Assembly (NCBI GenBank): GCA_023512475.1
Contig: JAILZL010000007.1
Span: forward strand, 7,697-71,696
Direction of reading: 5' to 3'
DNA: 64,000 bases
Source: Syntrophobacterales bacterium
GTDB lineage: Bacteria; Desulfobacterota; Desulfobaccia; Desulfobaccales; 0-14-0-80-60-11
Made by a program: the position numbers and the translations under genes. The notes beneath the pieces are model-generated. The model saw nothing but the letters and a program-made list of their open reading frames with translations, was not told the origin of the DNA and searched no databases. Positions 7,982 through 17,990 of the stretch are shown piece by piece (the stretch's first letter is position 1; each line of letters opens with the position of its first letter).

Positions 7982-9282
7982 GGAGTTCCCGCTACCGCAT
8001 CGTTACCTTCGGCTGCAAGGTGAATCAATACGACAGCGCCGCCCTGGCCGCGGTGCTGGAGGCGGCGGGCTGGCGGTCGGTGCTCCCCGGAGAGGCGGCG
8101 GGGCTGATTCTGGTGAACACCTGCACCGTCACCGCCCGGGCCGATCAGGAGGCACGCCAGGTCATCCGGCGGCTGGCCCGGGAGCACCCCGGGGCCGCCC
8201 TGTGGGTCACCGGCTGCTATGCCCACAGGGCCCCGGCCGACGTGGCGGCCCTCCCCGGCGTCACCGGGGTGTTCGGCAATCCGGAGAAACGCCGCCTGGG
8301 GGAGTTCCTCGGTGCCCTGGAGAACGGGCGCCCCGTGATGGAGGCGGGGAGTGTCCCCCCGCCGCTCCCCCGGGAGGGCCTGGTCCCCCGGCGCTTTCCC
8401 GGCCACACCCGGGCCTTCCTGATGATCCAGGAGGGCTGCAACCATGGTTGCGCTTACTGCATCGTGCCCGCAGTGCGGGGGGCAAGCCGCAGTCTTCCGG
8501 CCGCCGCGGTGATGGCGGCCCTGGCGGAGCTGGCCGGGGCCGGCTTTGAGGAGGTGGTTCTCACCGGCATCGACCTGGGGCAGTACGGCCGGGATCTGAC
8601 CCCTCCGGACAGCCTGGCCGGGTTGCTCCGGCGCCTGGCCGCGGGCCCGCGCCCCGGGCGTCTGCGCCTGAGCTCGGTGGAACCCCAGGAGGTGACTCCG
8701 GAGCTCCTCAGCGCCCTGACGGCAGTGCCGGGGCTCTGCCCCCACTTCCACCTGCCCCTGCAAAGCGGCTCCGCCCGGGTGCTGGCGGCTATGGGCCGGC
8801 CGTATCGCCCCGAACAGTTCCGGGAGCTGGCGGCGGAGCTGCTGGCCCGCTTCCCCGAGGCGGCTCTGGGCCTGGATGTGCTGGTGGGTTTTCCGGAGGA
8901 GGGCCCGGAGGACCTCGCCGCCACCTACGAGCTGATTGAGTCCCTGCCGGTGGCCTACCTCCACGTGTTTCCCTTTTCGCCCCGGCCCGGAACCCCGGCC
9001 GCGGCCCTGCGGCCCCTGCCTGCCCGGGAGGTGCGCCGCCGGGCCGCCTGGCTGAGGGAGCTGGGCCGCCGGAAGAAGGCCGCCTTCTACCAGGCCCAGG
9101 TGGGGAAGGCGGGGGAGGTGCTGGTGGAGCGCCCCGCCCGGCCAGGGTGGCTGGTGGGGGTGAGCGGCAATTACCTCCGGGTGCTCCTCCCCGGGCCGCC
9201 GGCCTGGATCAACCGGCGCCTGTGGGTGCGATTCCTCCGGGTTCAGGGGGAGCTGCTGGAGGGCGAAGTCCTGGAGACCTGA
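7978..9282 (+). CDS. mtaB: radical-SAM methylthiotransferase, MtaB-like (tRNA ms2t6A)
   Basis: The GTG start overlaps the upstream stop (GTGA). It has YRIVTFGCKVNQYDS (MtaB-type UPF0004 N-terminus), the CNHGCAYCIVP radical-SAM motif and a TRAM-like C-terminus. The track ORF from 7717 overlaps the upstream gene and is rejected. Confidence 0.8.
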   Translation: MRSSRYRIVTFGCKVNQYDSAALAAVLEAAGWRSVLPGEAAGLILVNTCTVTARADQEARQVIRRLAREHPGAALWVTGCYAHRAPADVAALPGVTGVFGNPEKRRLGEFLGALENGRPVMEAGSVPPPLPREGLVPRRFPGHTRAFLMIQEGCNHGCAYCIVPAVRGASRSLPAAAVMAALAELAGAGFEEVVLTGIDLGQYGRDLTPPDSLAGLLRRLAAGPRPGRLRLSSVEPQEVTPELLSALTAVPGLCPHFHLPLQSGSARVLAAMGRPYRPEQFRELAAELLARFPEAALGLDVLVGFPEEGPEDLAATYELIESLPVAYLHVFPFSPRPGTPAAALRPLPAREVRRRAAWLRELGRRKKAAFYQAQVGKAGEVLVERPARPGWLVGVSGNYLRVLLPGPPAWINRRLWVRFLRVQGELLEGEVLET

Positions 9283-9381
9283 GGCGACGGGAGAGGGCGG
9301 CCCCGGTTCCCGAGGAAGACCGGAGAAAGCGGCGGCCACCCTGAGGCCGACGCGGCGCCGGGTCCATACCTGACGCCCACT

Positions 9382-9409
9382 AAAAAGCCCCCGGAAAGGG
9401 GGCTTTTTT
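9382..9409. terminator. bidirectional Rho-independent terminator between convergent mtaB and lpxC
   Basis: AAAAA-GCCCCC-ggaaa-GGGGGC-TTTTTT, a perfect 6-bp GC stem flanked by an A-run and a T-run. Confidence 0.8.
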
Positions 9410-9428
9410 GCGGGGCGGCGCCTCAGGA

Positions 9429-10346
9429 TCAGGCCGGGGCGCCCTGGAAGGCCGGCATGGCCGCCACCGGCCGCCGGACCTCCCGGTTGTGGGTGGCGGG
9501 CACCCACAGCCGCCAGGCCTGCCTTTGGGCCATGAGGTGGCGGATGAAGCGCAGGTGAAAGTCGTGGCTGCCCCGGCTCACCTCCACCCGTCCCACCAAG
9601 GGGAGCCCCAACAGGGCCAGGTCGCCCACGACATCCAGGATCTTGTGGCGCACGAATTCCTCGGAAAAACGCAACCCCCCGGGATTGAGGACGCCGGTGT
9701 CGTCCAGCACCAGGGCGTTGTCCAGGGAGCCGCCCAAGGCCAGGCCCTGGGACTGCAGATACTGGACCTCCTTTAGAAAACCGAAGGTGCGGGCCGGCGC
9801 GATCTCCCGGCGGAAAGTTTCAGTGGCCAGGGACACGGAATAGCGCTGCCGCCGGATGAGGGGGTGAGGGAAGTCAATGCTGTAAGTGATGCTGAGGCGC
9901 CCCGGACTCACCCGCATCCAGGAGCCGTTGTCCCGCAGCTCCACCGGCCGCTGCACCATGAAGTAGGTCCGGGGCCAGGGCAGGGAGCGCAGGCCGGCCT
10001 CCAGGATGAGTTCGGTGAAGGGCAGGGCGCTGCCGTCCAGGATGGGGAGCTCCGGCCCCTCCACCTGCACCAGGGCGTTGTCCACCCCCACGCCATGCAG
10101 GGCGGCCAGGAGGTGCTCCACGGTGCTGAAGACCGCCTCGCCTTCCCCCAGGGTGGTGGCCCGGGCGGTGCTCAGCACCCGGCTGTAGTGGGCCGGCACC
10201 TGGGGCCGGCCGGGCAGGTCCTCCCGCACGAAGCGGATGCCGGTGTTGGCGGCCGCCGGGAAGACGGTGAGGGTCACCGGCTCTCCACGATGCAGGCCGA
10301 TGCCGCTGACGGTCACCGGCCGGGCCAAGGTCTTTTGCCAGATCAT
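9429..10346 (-). CDS. lpxC: UDP-3-O-acyl-N-acetylglucosamine deacetylase
   Basis: MIWQKTLARPVTVSGIGLHRG...TTL...STVEHLLAAL...ILDGSA...HKILDVVGDLAL matches LpxC throughout. The internal ATG at 10346 fits the conserved N-terminus. Confidence 0.9.
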   Translation of the reverse strand: MIWQKTLARPVTVSGIGLHRGEPVTLTVFPAAANTGIRFVREDLPGRPQVPAHYSRVLSTARATTLGEGEAVFSTVEHLLAALHGVGVDNALVQVEGPELPILDGSALPFTELILEAGLRSLPWPRTYFMVQRPVELRDNGSWMRVSPGRLSITYSIDFPHPLIRRQRYSVSLATETFRREIAPARTFGFLKEVQYLQSQGLALGGSLDNALVLDDTGVLNPGGLRFSEEFVRHKILDVVGDLALLGLPLVGRVEVSRGSHDFHLRFIRHLMAQRQAWRLWVPATHNREVRRPVAAMPAFQGAPA

Positions 10347-10723
10347 GTCATTCCCCCCGCTGAAGCCGAGTGCAAGGTCCATACCAGCAGCTCACGGGGC
10401 GGTGGGGGGCAACAGGTTGATAATACTCATAATTTAAATTCATTTCTCCAGGACGCAGTTTTGTTCCGCGTCTGTGTGGCATAAATCCCACAACGGTGAA
10501 TTTTCTGTGGCAGAAATGCCACAAGGAGATCGTGGCCGCCAAAGGGCTGGAGCAGCTCACCTGAGGCCGCGCAAACCCTCTCCCCGCCTCCGTCCGGGCG
10601 CGGGGGAGGCGGGCAAGGGGATCTCTACCCCTCCCTGAGGCGGGCACCGGCCCCGGACGGCGTTTCCAGGAAGGCAGAGGCGGCTTGGGCCTGGACTTAC
10701 CTTCCGGGCCGGCCCCAAGCTCC

Positions 10724-12466
10724 TTAATCGCCCTCCGGAGCGTAGTCCAGGGCCGCCCACCAGCGGGGTTCCAGGTCGGGGAAGATGCTGTCCCGCTCCC
10801 GGCAGAGGGCCAGGAAGTTCCAGTCCTCCTCCGGCAGCTCCCGCTTAGCGGCATAGCGCCGGGTCATGGCCGCCAGGCGTTTGAAGTCGTCGTGGTGCAT
10901 CACCAGGCGCAGTTCGGCATAGTCCATGGCGCTGACGGTGCTGATGAGGAACTGCCAGTCGGAGGCCTCGAGGAGGAGCAGGGTGCGGCCGCACTGCTTC
11001 AGGAGGTCCTGGAGGCGGGGGTCCGGGTCCTGCCAGAAGTTCCGGGCCAAATCCTCCATCTCCGCTTCCGCCGGGTAGATATGCCTCCAGGTCCAGGCGT
11101 TCATGTCGTTGAGCCAGATCCAGTGGTAGCCGCCTTCGCCCCAGGAGCCTTCCGGCAGGCTGATGACCGCGCTGGGTTCCACGATCTTCAGGTATTCGGC
11201 CCCGGTGACCAGCCGCACCCGGCCCTGGGCGTGGAAGGCGCGGATGACCCGCTCCACCCAGGCGGGGCCTTCGAACCACCAGTGGCCGAAGAGCTCGGTG
11301 TCATAGGGCGCCACCACGATCCCCGGCCTGCCGTGGGTGTGGCGGTATTCCTCCAGGATGCCGGTGACCAGGGAGACAAAATGGTCCGCCTGGGCCGCCA
11401 GGCGCTCCTCCACCCATTCGGGGTGGTAGGGGCCCTTGTCCGCCAGATCGGCCTTGGCGCTGGTGACCCGCCAGTACCTCAGCCCCCCGGGGAAGCGTTT
11501 CTTATGGAAATCCAGGTAGTTGCCGTCGCCGGGGTAGCCCCATTCGCCGCTCCACACCTGCAGCCCGGTCTTGGGGTCCCGGGTGAAGGCGGCCACCGGC
11601 CGTTTGGTCTCTGGGGCCGAGCTCACCAGATAGGCCTCATAGGGCGATTTTTCCTGATCCTCGGGGAGCTCCTGGTATTGGGCCGCAAAGCGCTGCCACA
11701 GGGCCTCCAGGGCGTGGAAGCGGTCCTTATAGACCCCGATGGCCTTGCCGCCTTTGAGGAGATGGGAGTCGATGAAGAAATAGGACAGGCCGTTTTCCGA
11801 CAGGAATTCCTCCACCCCCTTGCGCAAGGTGGCCTCGGCGCCGGGCGCGGCCACCGGCGGGGCCCAGCGATAGCGGGGACGATAGGCGCATTCCGGCAGC
11901 CAGCAGCCCTGGGGGTCCCGGCCGAAATGGCGGCGGTAGGCGGCCACCCCCTGCTTCACCTGGGCCTGCACCGCGGTGTCCCGGCCCAACAGGGGGAAAT
12001 ACCCGTGGGTGGCGGCGCAGGTGATGACCTCCAGCACCCCGGCATCCATCAGGCGGCGGGGGGCGGCCAGGAGGTCCTCCCCGAATTCCTCCCCGAAGGC
12101 CTTCAGGAGGCCGGCGTAATGCTCCTCCCAGAAGCGGGCCACCCGGGCGAAATGCTTTTCTCCCAGCCGGCTGAATTCGGCCTGATCCTGGCGGGCCGCC
12201 TGGATCTTGTTCTCCAGATACTCCCGGAATTCCTGCTGGAAGGCGGGCGCGGCCAGCATCTCCGCCAGGATGGGGGTGATACCCAAGGTGACCCCGGTGT
12301 GCAGACCATGGGAGCCCAGGCGCTGAAAGACCTGCCATAAGGGGATGTAGGATTCCGCCGCGGCCTCATTGAGCCAGTCCATGCCGTGGGGCCAGCGGCC
12401 GTGGCCGATGACGTAGGGGAGATGGGAGTGCAGCACCAAGGTGAAATACCCGAGGGGCTCGGTCAT
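10724..12466 (-). CDS. glycoside hydrolase family 57 protein (GH57 1,4-alpha-glucan branching enzyme type)
   Basis: 580 aa. The N-terminus YFTLVLHSHLPYV...GRWPHG..WL.EA..ESYIPL is typical of GH57 branching enzymes. A strong RBS (aaggagg) is present. Confidence 0.8.
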   Translation of the reverse strand: MTEPLGYFTLVLHSHLPYVIGHGRWPHGMDWLNEAAAESYIPLWQVFQRLGSHGLHTGVTLGITPILAEMLAAPAFQQEFREYLENKIQAARQDQAEFSRLGEKHFARVARFWEEHYAGLLKAFGEEFGEDLLAAPRRLMDAGVLEVITCAATHGYFPLLGRDTAVQAQVKQGVAAYRRHFGRDPQGCWLPECAYRPRYRWAPPVAAPGAEATLRKGVEEFLSENGLSYFFIDSHLLKGGKAIGVYKDRFHALEALWQRFAAQYQELPEDQEKSPYEAYLVSSAPETKRPVAAFTRDPKTGLQVWSGEWGYPGDGNYLDFHKKRFPGGLRYWRVTSAKADLADKGPYHPEWVEERLAAQADHFVSLVTGILEEYRHTHGRPGIVVAPYDTELFGHWWFEGPAWVERVIRAFHAQGRVRLVTGAEYLKIVEPSAVISLPEGSWGEGGYHWIWLNDMNAWTWRHIYPAEAEMEDLARNFWQDPDPRLQDLLKQCGRTLLLLEASDWQFLISTVSAMDYAELRLVMHHDDFKRLAAMTRRYAAKRELPEEDWNFLALCRERDSIFPDLEPRWWAALDYAPEGD

Positions 12467-12692
12467 GGGTCCTCCTTAATAACCGCGTGGGCCTGCCGCT
12501 TCGGGAGCCCCGAAGCCCGGAGGCGGAGCAGCCGCTGCCCTCCCGTCCCGGGGGAGAGGGCGGCCCCGGGGCCAGGCGGCGCCGGTCTGGGGCCGACGGC
12601 CCGCCTCCGGCGTGAGACCGGATGTCCTTTGCCCGGGGGAGAGGGGCCCGGGAGCCTGGCACCCCGTCTTCCCTCCCGGTCCCTCCAAGGGC

Positions 12693-12768
12693 GAGGGGAA
12701 CGGGAAAGGCCCTGGGTCCCCCAGCCCTGCCCTCCCCCCATCATACCCCAAATCGGCCGCGGGAGGAA
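12693..12768 (+). repeat. degenerate or shortened copy of the intergenic element seen at 21326 and 27705
   Basis: It shares GGGGAAcGGG...GGGTCcCCAGCCCTGCCCTCCCCC...CCCAAATCGGCC blocks with the other two copies. The middle part is missing. Confidence 0.35.
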
Positions 12769-12794
12769 AGGACGGAGTGGGGGGGGCCGGTGCC

Positions 12795-14210
12795 TCAGAC
12801 CACATCCGCCTTGAGGAGATTGGTGGTGCCCCGCTGGCCTAAGGGGGTGCCGGCGGTGATGACCACCTTGTCGCCGCTCTTCAACCAGCCGGCCTTGAGG
12901 GCCTCCTCCTTCACCACCTGGAACATCTGGTCGGTGTCGGTGAGATTCCGGGCCAGGAGGGGAAAGACCCCCCAGGAAAGGGCCAGACGGCGCCAGGTCT
13001 CCTTTCGGGGGGTGACCGCAATGATGGGGGCGGCGGGCCGGAAGCGGCTGATGAGGCGGGCGGTGGTGCCGAAATCGGTGCTGGTGAGGATGGCCGCGGC
13101 CTGGAGATTCTGGGCCATCACCGCCGCGGCGTAGCTGATGGCGTCGGAGATGTCCCGGCGGGCAACCTGGGCCCGCTCCCGGAGCCAGGGGGCATGGGGG
13201 AAATGGGCCTCGATGGCCCGGCTGATGCGGTCCAGGTAGCGCACCGCCTCCACCGGGAACCGGCCCGCCGCGGTCTCCTCGGAGAGCATCACCGCGTCGG
13301 TGCCGTCCAGGATGGCGTTGGCCACGTCGGTGACCTCCGCCCGGCTGGGCCGGGAGTGGTCCACCATGGACAGCAGCATCTGGGTGGCGGTGATGACCGG
13401 CTTGCCGGCCCGGTTGGCGGCGGCGATCACCTGTTTTTGGATAATGGGCACCCGCTCCAGGGGGAGCTCGAGCCCCAGGTCGCCCCGGGCCACCATGAGG
13501 CCGTCCGCCGCGTCCAGGATCTCCTCCAGATTCTGTACCGCCTCGTGCTTCTCCACCTTGGCGATGAGGGGGATGTCGGCGTCCAGGGTGTCCAAAAGGC
13601 GCCGGGCCTCCAGGACATCGGCGGCGGAGCGCACATAAGAAAGGGCGATGAAGTCCACCCCCAGCTCCACCCCGAAGCGGAGGTCCTCCTTGTCCTTGTC
13701 GGTGAGGGCCGGGATGGACAGGGTGTGGTGCGGGAAATTGATGCCCGCGTGGGAGCGCAGCACCCCGCCGGCGATCACCCGGCAGGTGAGGGTGTGTCCG
13801 GTCTTGTCCTCCACCTTCAGCTCGATGTTGCCGTCCGCCAGGAGCAGGTGGGAGCCCACGGGGCTGTCGGCCACGATCTCGGGGTAGGCGACGCTGACGC
13901 AGTCCTTCTGCCCCACCCCGCAGACCGCGGTGAGGGTGAACTTTTGGCCCCGCTCCAGGGTGATCTGGCCCTCGGGGAATTCGCCGATGCGGATCTTGGG
14001 GCCGGCCAGGTCCTGGAGGGCGGCCAGGGGGCGGCCCAGATCGGCGGCCAGGCGGCGCACCTCCTTAAGGCGGCGGGCGTGCTCCTCCGGGGTGGCGTGG
14101 GAGAAGTTGAGGCGCACCACGTCCACTCCCGCCTGCAACAGATGGGGCAGGATCTTGCCCAGACAGGCCGGGCCCAGGGTGGCAATGATTTTGGTACGTC
14201 TCCGGGCCAT
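12795..14210 (-). CDS. pyk: pyruvate kinase
   Basis: MARRRTKIIATLGPA...VDVVRLNFSHA...KIRIG...MVARGDLG...TQMLLSM. ATG at 14210 is preceded by GGAGG. The longer track ORF adds a non-conserved 42-aa extension. Confidence 0.9.
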   Translation of the reverse strand: MARRRTKIIATLGPACLGKILPHLLQAGVDVVRLNFSHATPEEHARRLKEVRRLAADLGRPLAALQDLAGPKIRIGEFPEGQITLERGQKFTLTAVCGVGQKDCVSVAYPEIVADSPVGSHLLLADGNIELKVEDKTGHTLTCRVIAGGVLRSHAGINFPHHTLSIPALTDKDKEDLRFGVELGVDFIALSYVRSAADVLEARRLLDTLDADIPLIAKVEKHEAVQNLEEILDAADGLMVARGDLGLELPLERVPIIQKQVIAAANRAGKPVITATQMLLSMVDHSRPSRAEVTDVANAILDGTDAVMLSEETAAGRFPVEAVRYLDRISRAIEAHFPHAPWLRERAQVARRDISDAISYAAAVMAQNLQAAAILTSTDFGTTARLISRFRPAAPIIAVTPRKETWRRLALSWGVFPLLARNLTDTDQMFQVVKEEALKAGWLKSGDKVVITAGTPLGQRGTTNLLKADVV

Positions 14211-14439
14211 GGTTCCTCCGAGGCCTGAGGGGTGGGGAATTTCCCCCACCCTCAGGTGAGAAATTCCCCAACTGCCGGTGCCGACCGCCTTTTCCCGGCC
14301 GCCACCTGTTCCCCCTATTTTCCCATATCCCGGCAAAAATTTGTGAATTTTTTATTAAAAACCGGGCCGGCCCTTGAAATCACAGAAAGGCATGGTTATT
14401 GCATAAAAGCATTGCAAATCATCAAGGGGGAGAGCACTT

Positions 14440-14640
14440 ATGCCGCTTTATGAGTATCAGTGTGTGGATTGTGGAGGCGCGGATCTCCGGGTGGCCGGCC
14501 TGGATGATCACACCGCCATCTGTGTGGAGTGCGGCGGGTTGATGCTGCGGCTCGATGAGGACATTTTCCGGCCCTATTTCGAGGAGGAGGCCCCGGCCCC
14601 GGCCGCCGGGCTGCACAAGGTCTCCAACAATGGCACCTGA
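14440..14640 (+). CDS. FmdB-family zinc-ribbon protein
   Basis: 66 aa. MPLYEYQCVDCG...CVECGG (CxxC...CxxC) is the typical MP.YEY.C N-terminus. The RBS is aagggggag. Confidence 0.7.
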   Translation: MPLYEYQCVDCGGADLRVAGLDDHTAICVECGGLMLRLDEDIFRPYFEEEAPAPAAGLHKVSNNGT

Positions 14641-14663
14641 GTTAGGCCACCGGGGTTCCTGAG

Positions 14664-14693
14664 GAAACGGCGGCGCTCTCCGGCCGCCGTTTC
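14664..14693 (+). terminator. hairpin terminator after the zinc-ribbon gene
   Basis: GAAACGGCGGC-gctctccg-GCCGCCGTTTC is an 11-bp perfect stem followed by tgtt. Confidence 0.6.
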
Positions 14694-14811
14694 TGTTGGT
14701 GGGCAGTACCCCGGGCGACCGGTAGGGGGCGGCCAGGCTGGGCCCGCCTCAAAATGACAACCGGGGGCGCCGGGGACGGTGCCCCCTTTGTCAGGTTGGG
14801 AAGGGCACGGG

Positions 14812-15318
14812 TCAGTTGATCACCCGGCTGGAGGGGCCGGACAGCTCCCCGTCCCGCATAAAGTCCTCCAGAAACTCCTGTACGAGTCGGGCCAGGGCTT
14901 CATACAGGGGCTCCCAATCCGTCTCCCTCAGCCCGCTCTGCACCTCGCCCCGGGTCTCCCGGCACCATTTCAGGTGCAGGGAGGGGCCGAAGGGCCCCAG
15001 GGAGGTGGGCTGGCCATCCACAAAAAAGACCTCCAGGCTGAAGGGCCGGCTGCCGGCTCCCGCAGGGGAGGGGAGATGGACAATCACCCCGAGGCAGGGC
15101 CCGCCCTCCCACTGATCCGCGGCAGGGTGGCGTAAGGACACCCCCGCCAGGGAGAGGCGGAGCTCCGCTTCCGTCCTGAGACGCTCCCGATTGACGGGCG
15201 AAGGTTCCCGAGTGGCGGGGGGCGGGGCGATCCAGACCTGCAGCCCGCCGGATCCGGTCGGCCGGAGGCGGGCGGCTCCAGGAGAGGGGCACGGAGACAC
15301 GTCTCGGGTCTTTTTCAC
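14812..15318 (-). CDS. hypothetical protein (no family recognised); start uncertain
   Basis: The frame is open with coding-like G/C third positions, especially in the C-terminal two thirds (...FSLEVFFVDGQPTS...WEPLYEALARLVQEFLEDFM...). It lies downstream of the two-component pair on the same strand. Confidence 0.4.
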   Translation of the reverse strand: MKKTRDVSPCPSPGAARLRPTGSGGLQVWIAPPPATREPSPVNRERLRTEAELRLSLAGVSLRHPAADQWEGGPCLGVIVHLPSPAGAGSRPFSLEVFFVDGQPTSLGPFGPSLHLKWCRETRGEVQSGLRETDWEPLYEALARLVQEFLEDFMRDGELSGPSSRVIN

Positions 15319-15571
15319 CGGTCAGTCCTTCCGGAGGCTCGTCAACGGGGGCCGCCCGCCGCGCCCTTCTCGCCCCGGGCAGGGCCCCTGGGGCCCATCA
15401 CGGCTGCGGCCGTCAACCTGCCCCATTATGCGCTTCCCGCGTATCCGGACAATCGGGAGCCGCCTGATTTTCCTCGGGGAAATCCCTGAAAATCGGCTCA
15501 GGAAAGATATGAGTCCAGGGCCGGCAGGCGGGGGAAGGCCTTTCCACCCTCCGGCCCCGGGGAGGGGTGTG

Positions 15572-16225
15572 TCAGGGTTCCAGGGAGGTGAGCCCTTCCC
15601 GGATGGCGTACTTGGTGAGCTCGGCGATGCTGTGGATTCCCAGTTTGTGCATGATCTGCTGGCGATGGGTCTCCACGGTCTTGACGCTGATGTGCAACTG
15701 TTCGGCAATCTGGCCGGTGGGCTTCCCCTCGGCCATCAGCTGCAGCACCTCCCGTTCCCGGGGGGTGAGCATGGTGAAGGCGGAGGACCGGGGGGCGGAC
15801 ATCCCCTGGACATAGTCCTGGATGACCACGTTGGAGACCCCGGGGCTCAGGTAGGTCTTGTTGGCCATCACCAGCCGGATGGCCGCGGCCAGCTCCTCAA
15901 AGGCGCAATCCTTGAGGAGATAACCGGAGGAGCCGGCCTTGAGCATATTGACCACAAAGCGACGGTCGGCATGCATGGAGAGGGCGATGATCTTGGTCTC
16001 CGGAAAGGCCGCCAGGACCTGCCGGGTGGCTTCAATGCCGTTCAGATCCGGCATGTTGACATCCATGATGACGACATCGGGCCGCAATTCCTTGACGAGT
16101 TGCACCACCTCCCGGCCGTTTTCGGCCTCGGCCACCACCTCCATGTCCGGTTCCTTGGCCAGCAAGGTGGCCAGGCCCTGGCGCACGATCATGTGGTCAT
16201 CGGCGATGATGATCCTCGTCTTCAT
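15572..16225 (-). CDS. NarL/FixJ-family response regulator (REC plus LuxR-type HTH)
   Basis: MKTRIIIADDH...DVVIMDVNMPDLNG...LSMH... then REREVLQLMAEGKPTGQIAEQLHISVKTVETHR. ATG at 16225 has a GGAGGG RBS. Confidence 0.9.
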   Translation of the reverse strand: MKTRIIIADDHMIVRQGLATLLAKEPDMEVVAEAENGREVVQLVKELRPDVVIMDVNMPDLNGIEATRQVLAAFPETKIIALSMHADRRFVVNMLKAGSSGYLLKDCAFEELAAAIRLVMANKTYLSPGVSNVVIQDYVQGMSAPRSSAFTMLTPREREVLQLMAEGKPTGQIAEQLHISVKTVETHRQQIMHKLGIHSIAELTKYAIREGLTSLEP

Positions 16226-17990
16226 GGTTTCCCTCCGTGGAAGTCCCTTCGGGGAGGGGCGCACGGATGCGGACCGTGGTCCCTTCCTGCGGCCGGGAGC
16301 TGATCTCGAGGTGTGCGCCCATGTGTCCGAGTCGCTCCCGGATGCTGAAGAGCCCGAAACCTGCCATTGTGCCGCTTTTGCCGAGAACGTCTGCCACATC
16401 GAAGCCGATACCGTCATCTTTGATGTCAATCCACAGGTTATTATCTCTTTTGTCAAGGAAAATTTCCACCTTGCGGGCCCGGGAGTGCTTCACCGCATTG
16501 GTGAGCAGTTCCTGCAGGATGTGGAAAAGGAGCACCCGGTGCGCCTCCGGCAGCGGCGGCCACGGGGTGCCCCGGTGCACCGTCACCTGGAGGTGGTGGC
16601 GCCGCTCCACCTGCTCCGCCAGCCAGGCCACCGCCTCCTCCCAGTCGCCCTCAAAGAGGAGGGGCGGGCTCAGTTTGGAGGTCAAGGCCCGGCTGGCGGC
16701 GATGGCCTCCTCCAGAAAGGCCAGGGCCTCCCGCACTTCCTGGTCCCGGCCCTCCCAGGCCAGGGCCTCCTTGAGGGCGGAGAGCCTCATCTTGGCCAAG
16801 GCCAGGGGCTGACTCACCTGGTCGTGCAGATCCACCGCCAGGCTGCGGCGCTCCCGCTCCTCGGTCAAGGAGAGCTCCGCCGCCAGGGAGCGCAGCCGCT
16901 CCTGGTAAGACTCCAGCGTAGCCTGGGCTTCCTTCTGGGAGGTGATGTCCTCCACCATGCCCACCAGGAGGAGGGGGCCATCAGGGTCCGGGCGCACCGC
17001 CGCGGTATGCACCCGGGTCCACAGGAGACGGAAGTCCTTGCGGATGAAGCGGGCCTCCCGCACATATCCCCGGCGGCGTCCCTCCCGGAGCTCCTGAAAC
17101 AGCCGCCGCCGCTCCGCCACGTCCTCGGGGTGCAGCAGATCCTCGGTGGTGAAGCGGCATAGCTCCTCCTGCGGGTAGCCCAGCATGTTGATCAGGGCGG
17201 CGTTGACCTCCAGGCCCTTGCCGTCCAGCTCCATGAGACCGATGCCGATGGGGGCGTTCTCAAAGATGGTGCGGAAGCGGGCCTCGCTCTGTCGTAAAGC
17301 TGCCTCCGCCCGGCGGCGGGCGGTGATGTCCCGGGCGATGACCAGGACCGCCGGCCGGCCGTGATAGAGGAGCCGGACCGCGGCGGTCTCCACCTCCACC
17401 ACGCCGCCGTCCCGGCGCTTAAGCTGAAGCTCCTGGCGGGGGACCTCCCCCGTGCCCTCCAGGACCTGGCGGATGCGCTCCTGAGCCAGCTCCCGGTAAG
17501 CCGGCGCCACGACCTCCAGCACCTCCCGGCCTACCAGTTCCTCCGGGGTGTCTGCCCCCAGCATCCGGGCGGCCGCCGGGTTGAGGAAGACGAAGCGGCC
17601 GTCCTGATGCAGGGCGATAGCGTCCGGCGACAGCTCCACCAGCCGGCGGTAGCGTGCCTCGCAATCCCGCAGGCGTGCCTCGGCCTGGGAGAGGGTCTCC
17701 CGGGCCGCCAGGCTCTCCTGCCGCAGCTGGAGGCATTCCTGCACCGCGGACTGGGACCGGCGGACAAAGAGGAAGGAGAGCCCGGCTCCCATGATGGCCG
17801 CGGCGGCCACTGTCAGGGCGTGCACCCCCATAAAAGTCAACTGGGGACAGAAGGCGTGGTTGGCGACTTCCACCAACGAGAGGACAGTCAGGAGAGCCAG
17901 GGCCCACAGAAGCGGTTGCAGCCGAAATCCCGGGGAGCAGTACTCCGGCCAGCCCGGCGGTTGCTCCCCTCCTTCCCAGCGTGCGGCCAT
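16197..17990 (-). CDS. sensor histidine kinase: 2 TM segments, two PAS-like regions, HisKA_3-type dimerisation domain, HATPase
   Basis: 597 aa. It has the H-box ...LAVDLHDQVSQPL, the N/G boxes ...LTNAVKHS...DDGIGF...GFGLFSIRERL, and two PAS-like segments. The 3' end overlaps the regulator start by 29 nt. Confidence 0.85.
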   Translation of the reverse strand: MAARWEGGEQPPGWPEYCSPGFRLQPLLWALALLTVLSLVEVANHAFCPQLTFMGVHALTVAAAAIMGAGLSFLFVRRSQSAVQECLQLRQESLAARETLSQAEARLRDCEARYRRLVELSPDAIALHQDGRFVFLNPAAARMLGADTPEELVGREVLEVVAPAYRELAQERIRQVLEGTGEVPRQELQLKRRDGGVVEVETAAVRLLYHGRPAVLVIARDITARRRAEAALRQSEARFRTIFENAPIGIGLMELDGKGLEVNAALINMLGYPQEELCRFTTEDLLHPEDVAERRRLFQELREGRRRGYVREARFIRKDFRLLWTRVHTAAVRPDPDGPLLLVGMVEDITSQKEAQATLESYQERLRSLAAELSLTEERERRSLAVDLHDQVSQPLALAKMRLSALKEALAWEGRDQEVREALAFLEEAIAASRALTSKLSPPLLFEGDWEEAVAWLAEQVERRHHLQVTVHRGTPWPPLPEAHRVLLFHILQELLTNAVKHSRARKVEIFLDKRDNNLWIDIKDDGIGFDVADVLGKSGTMAGFGLFSIRERLGHMGAHLEISSRPQEGTTVRIRAPLPEGTSTEGNHEDEDHHRR

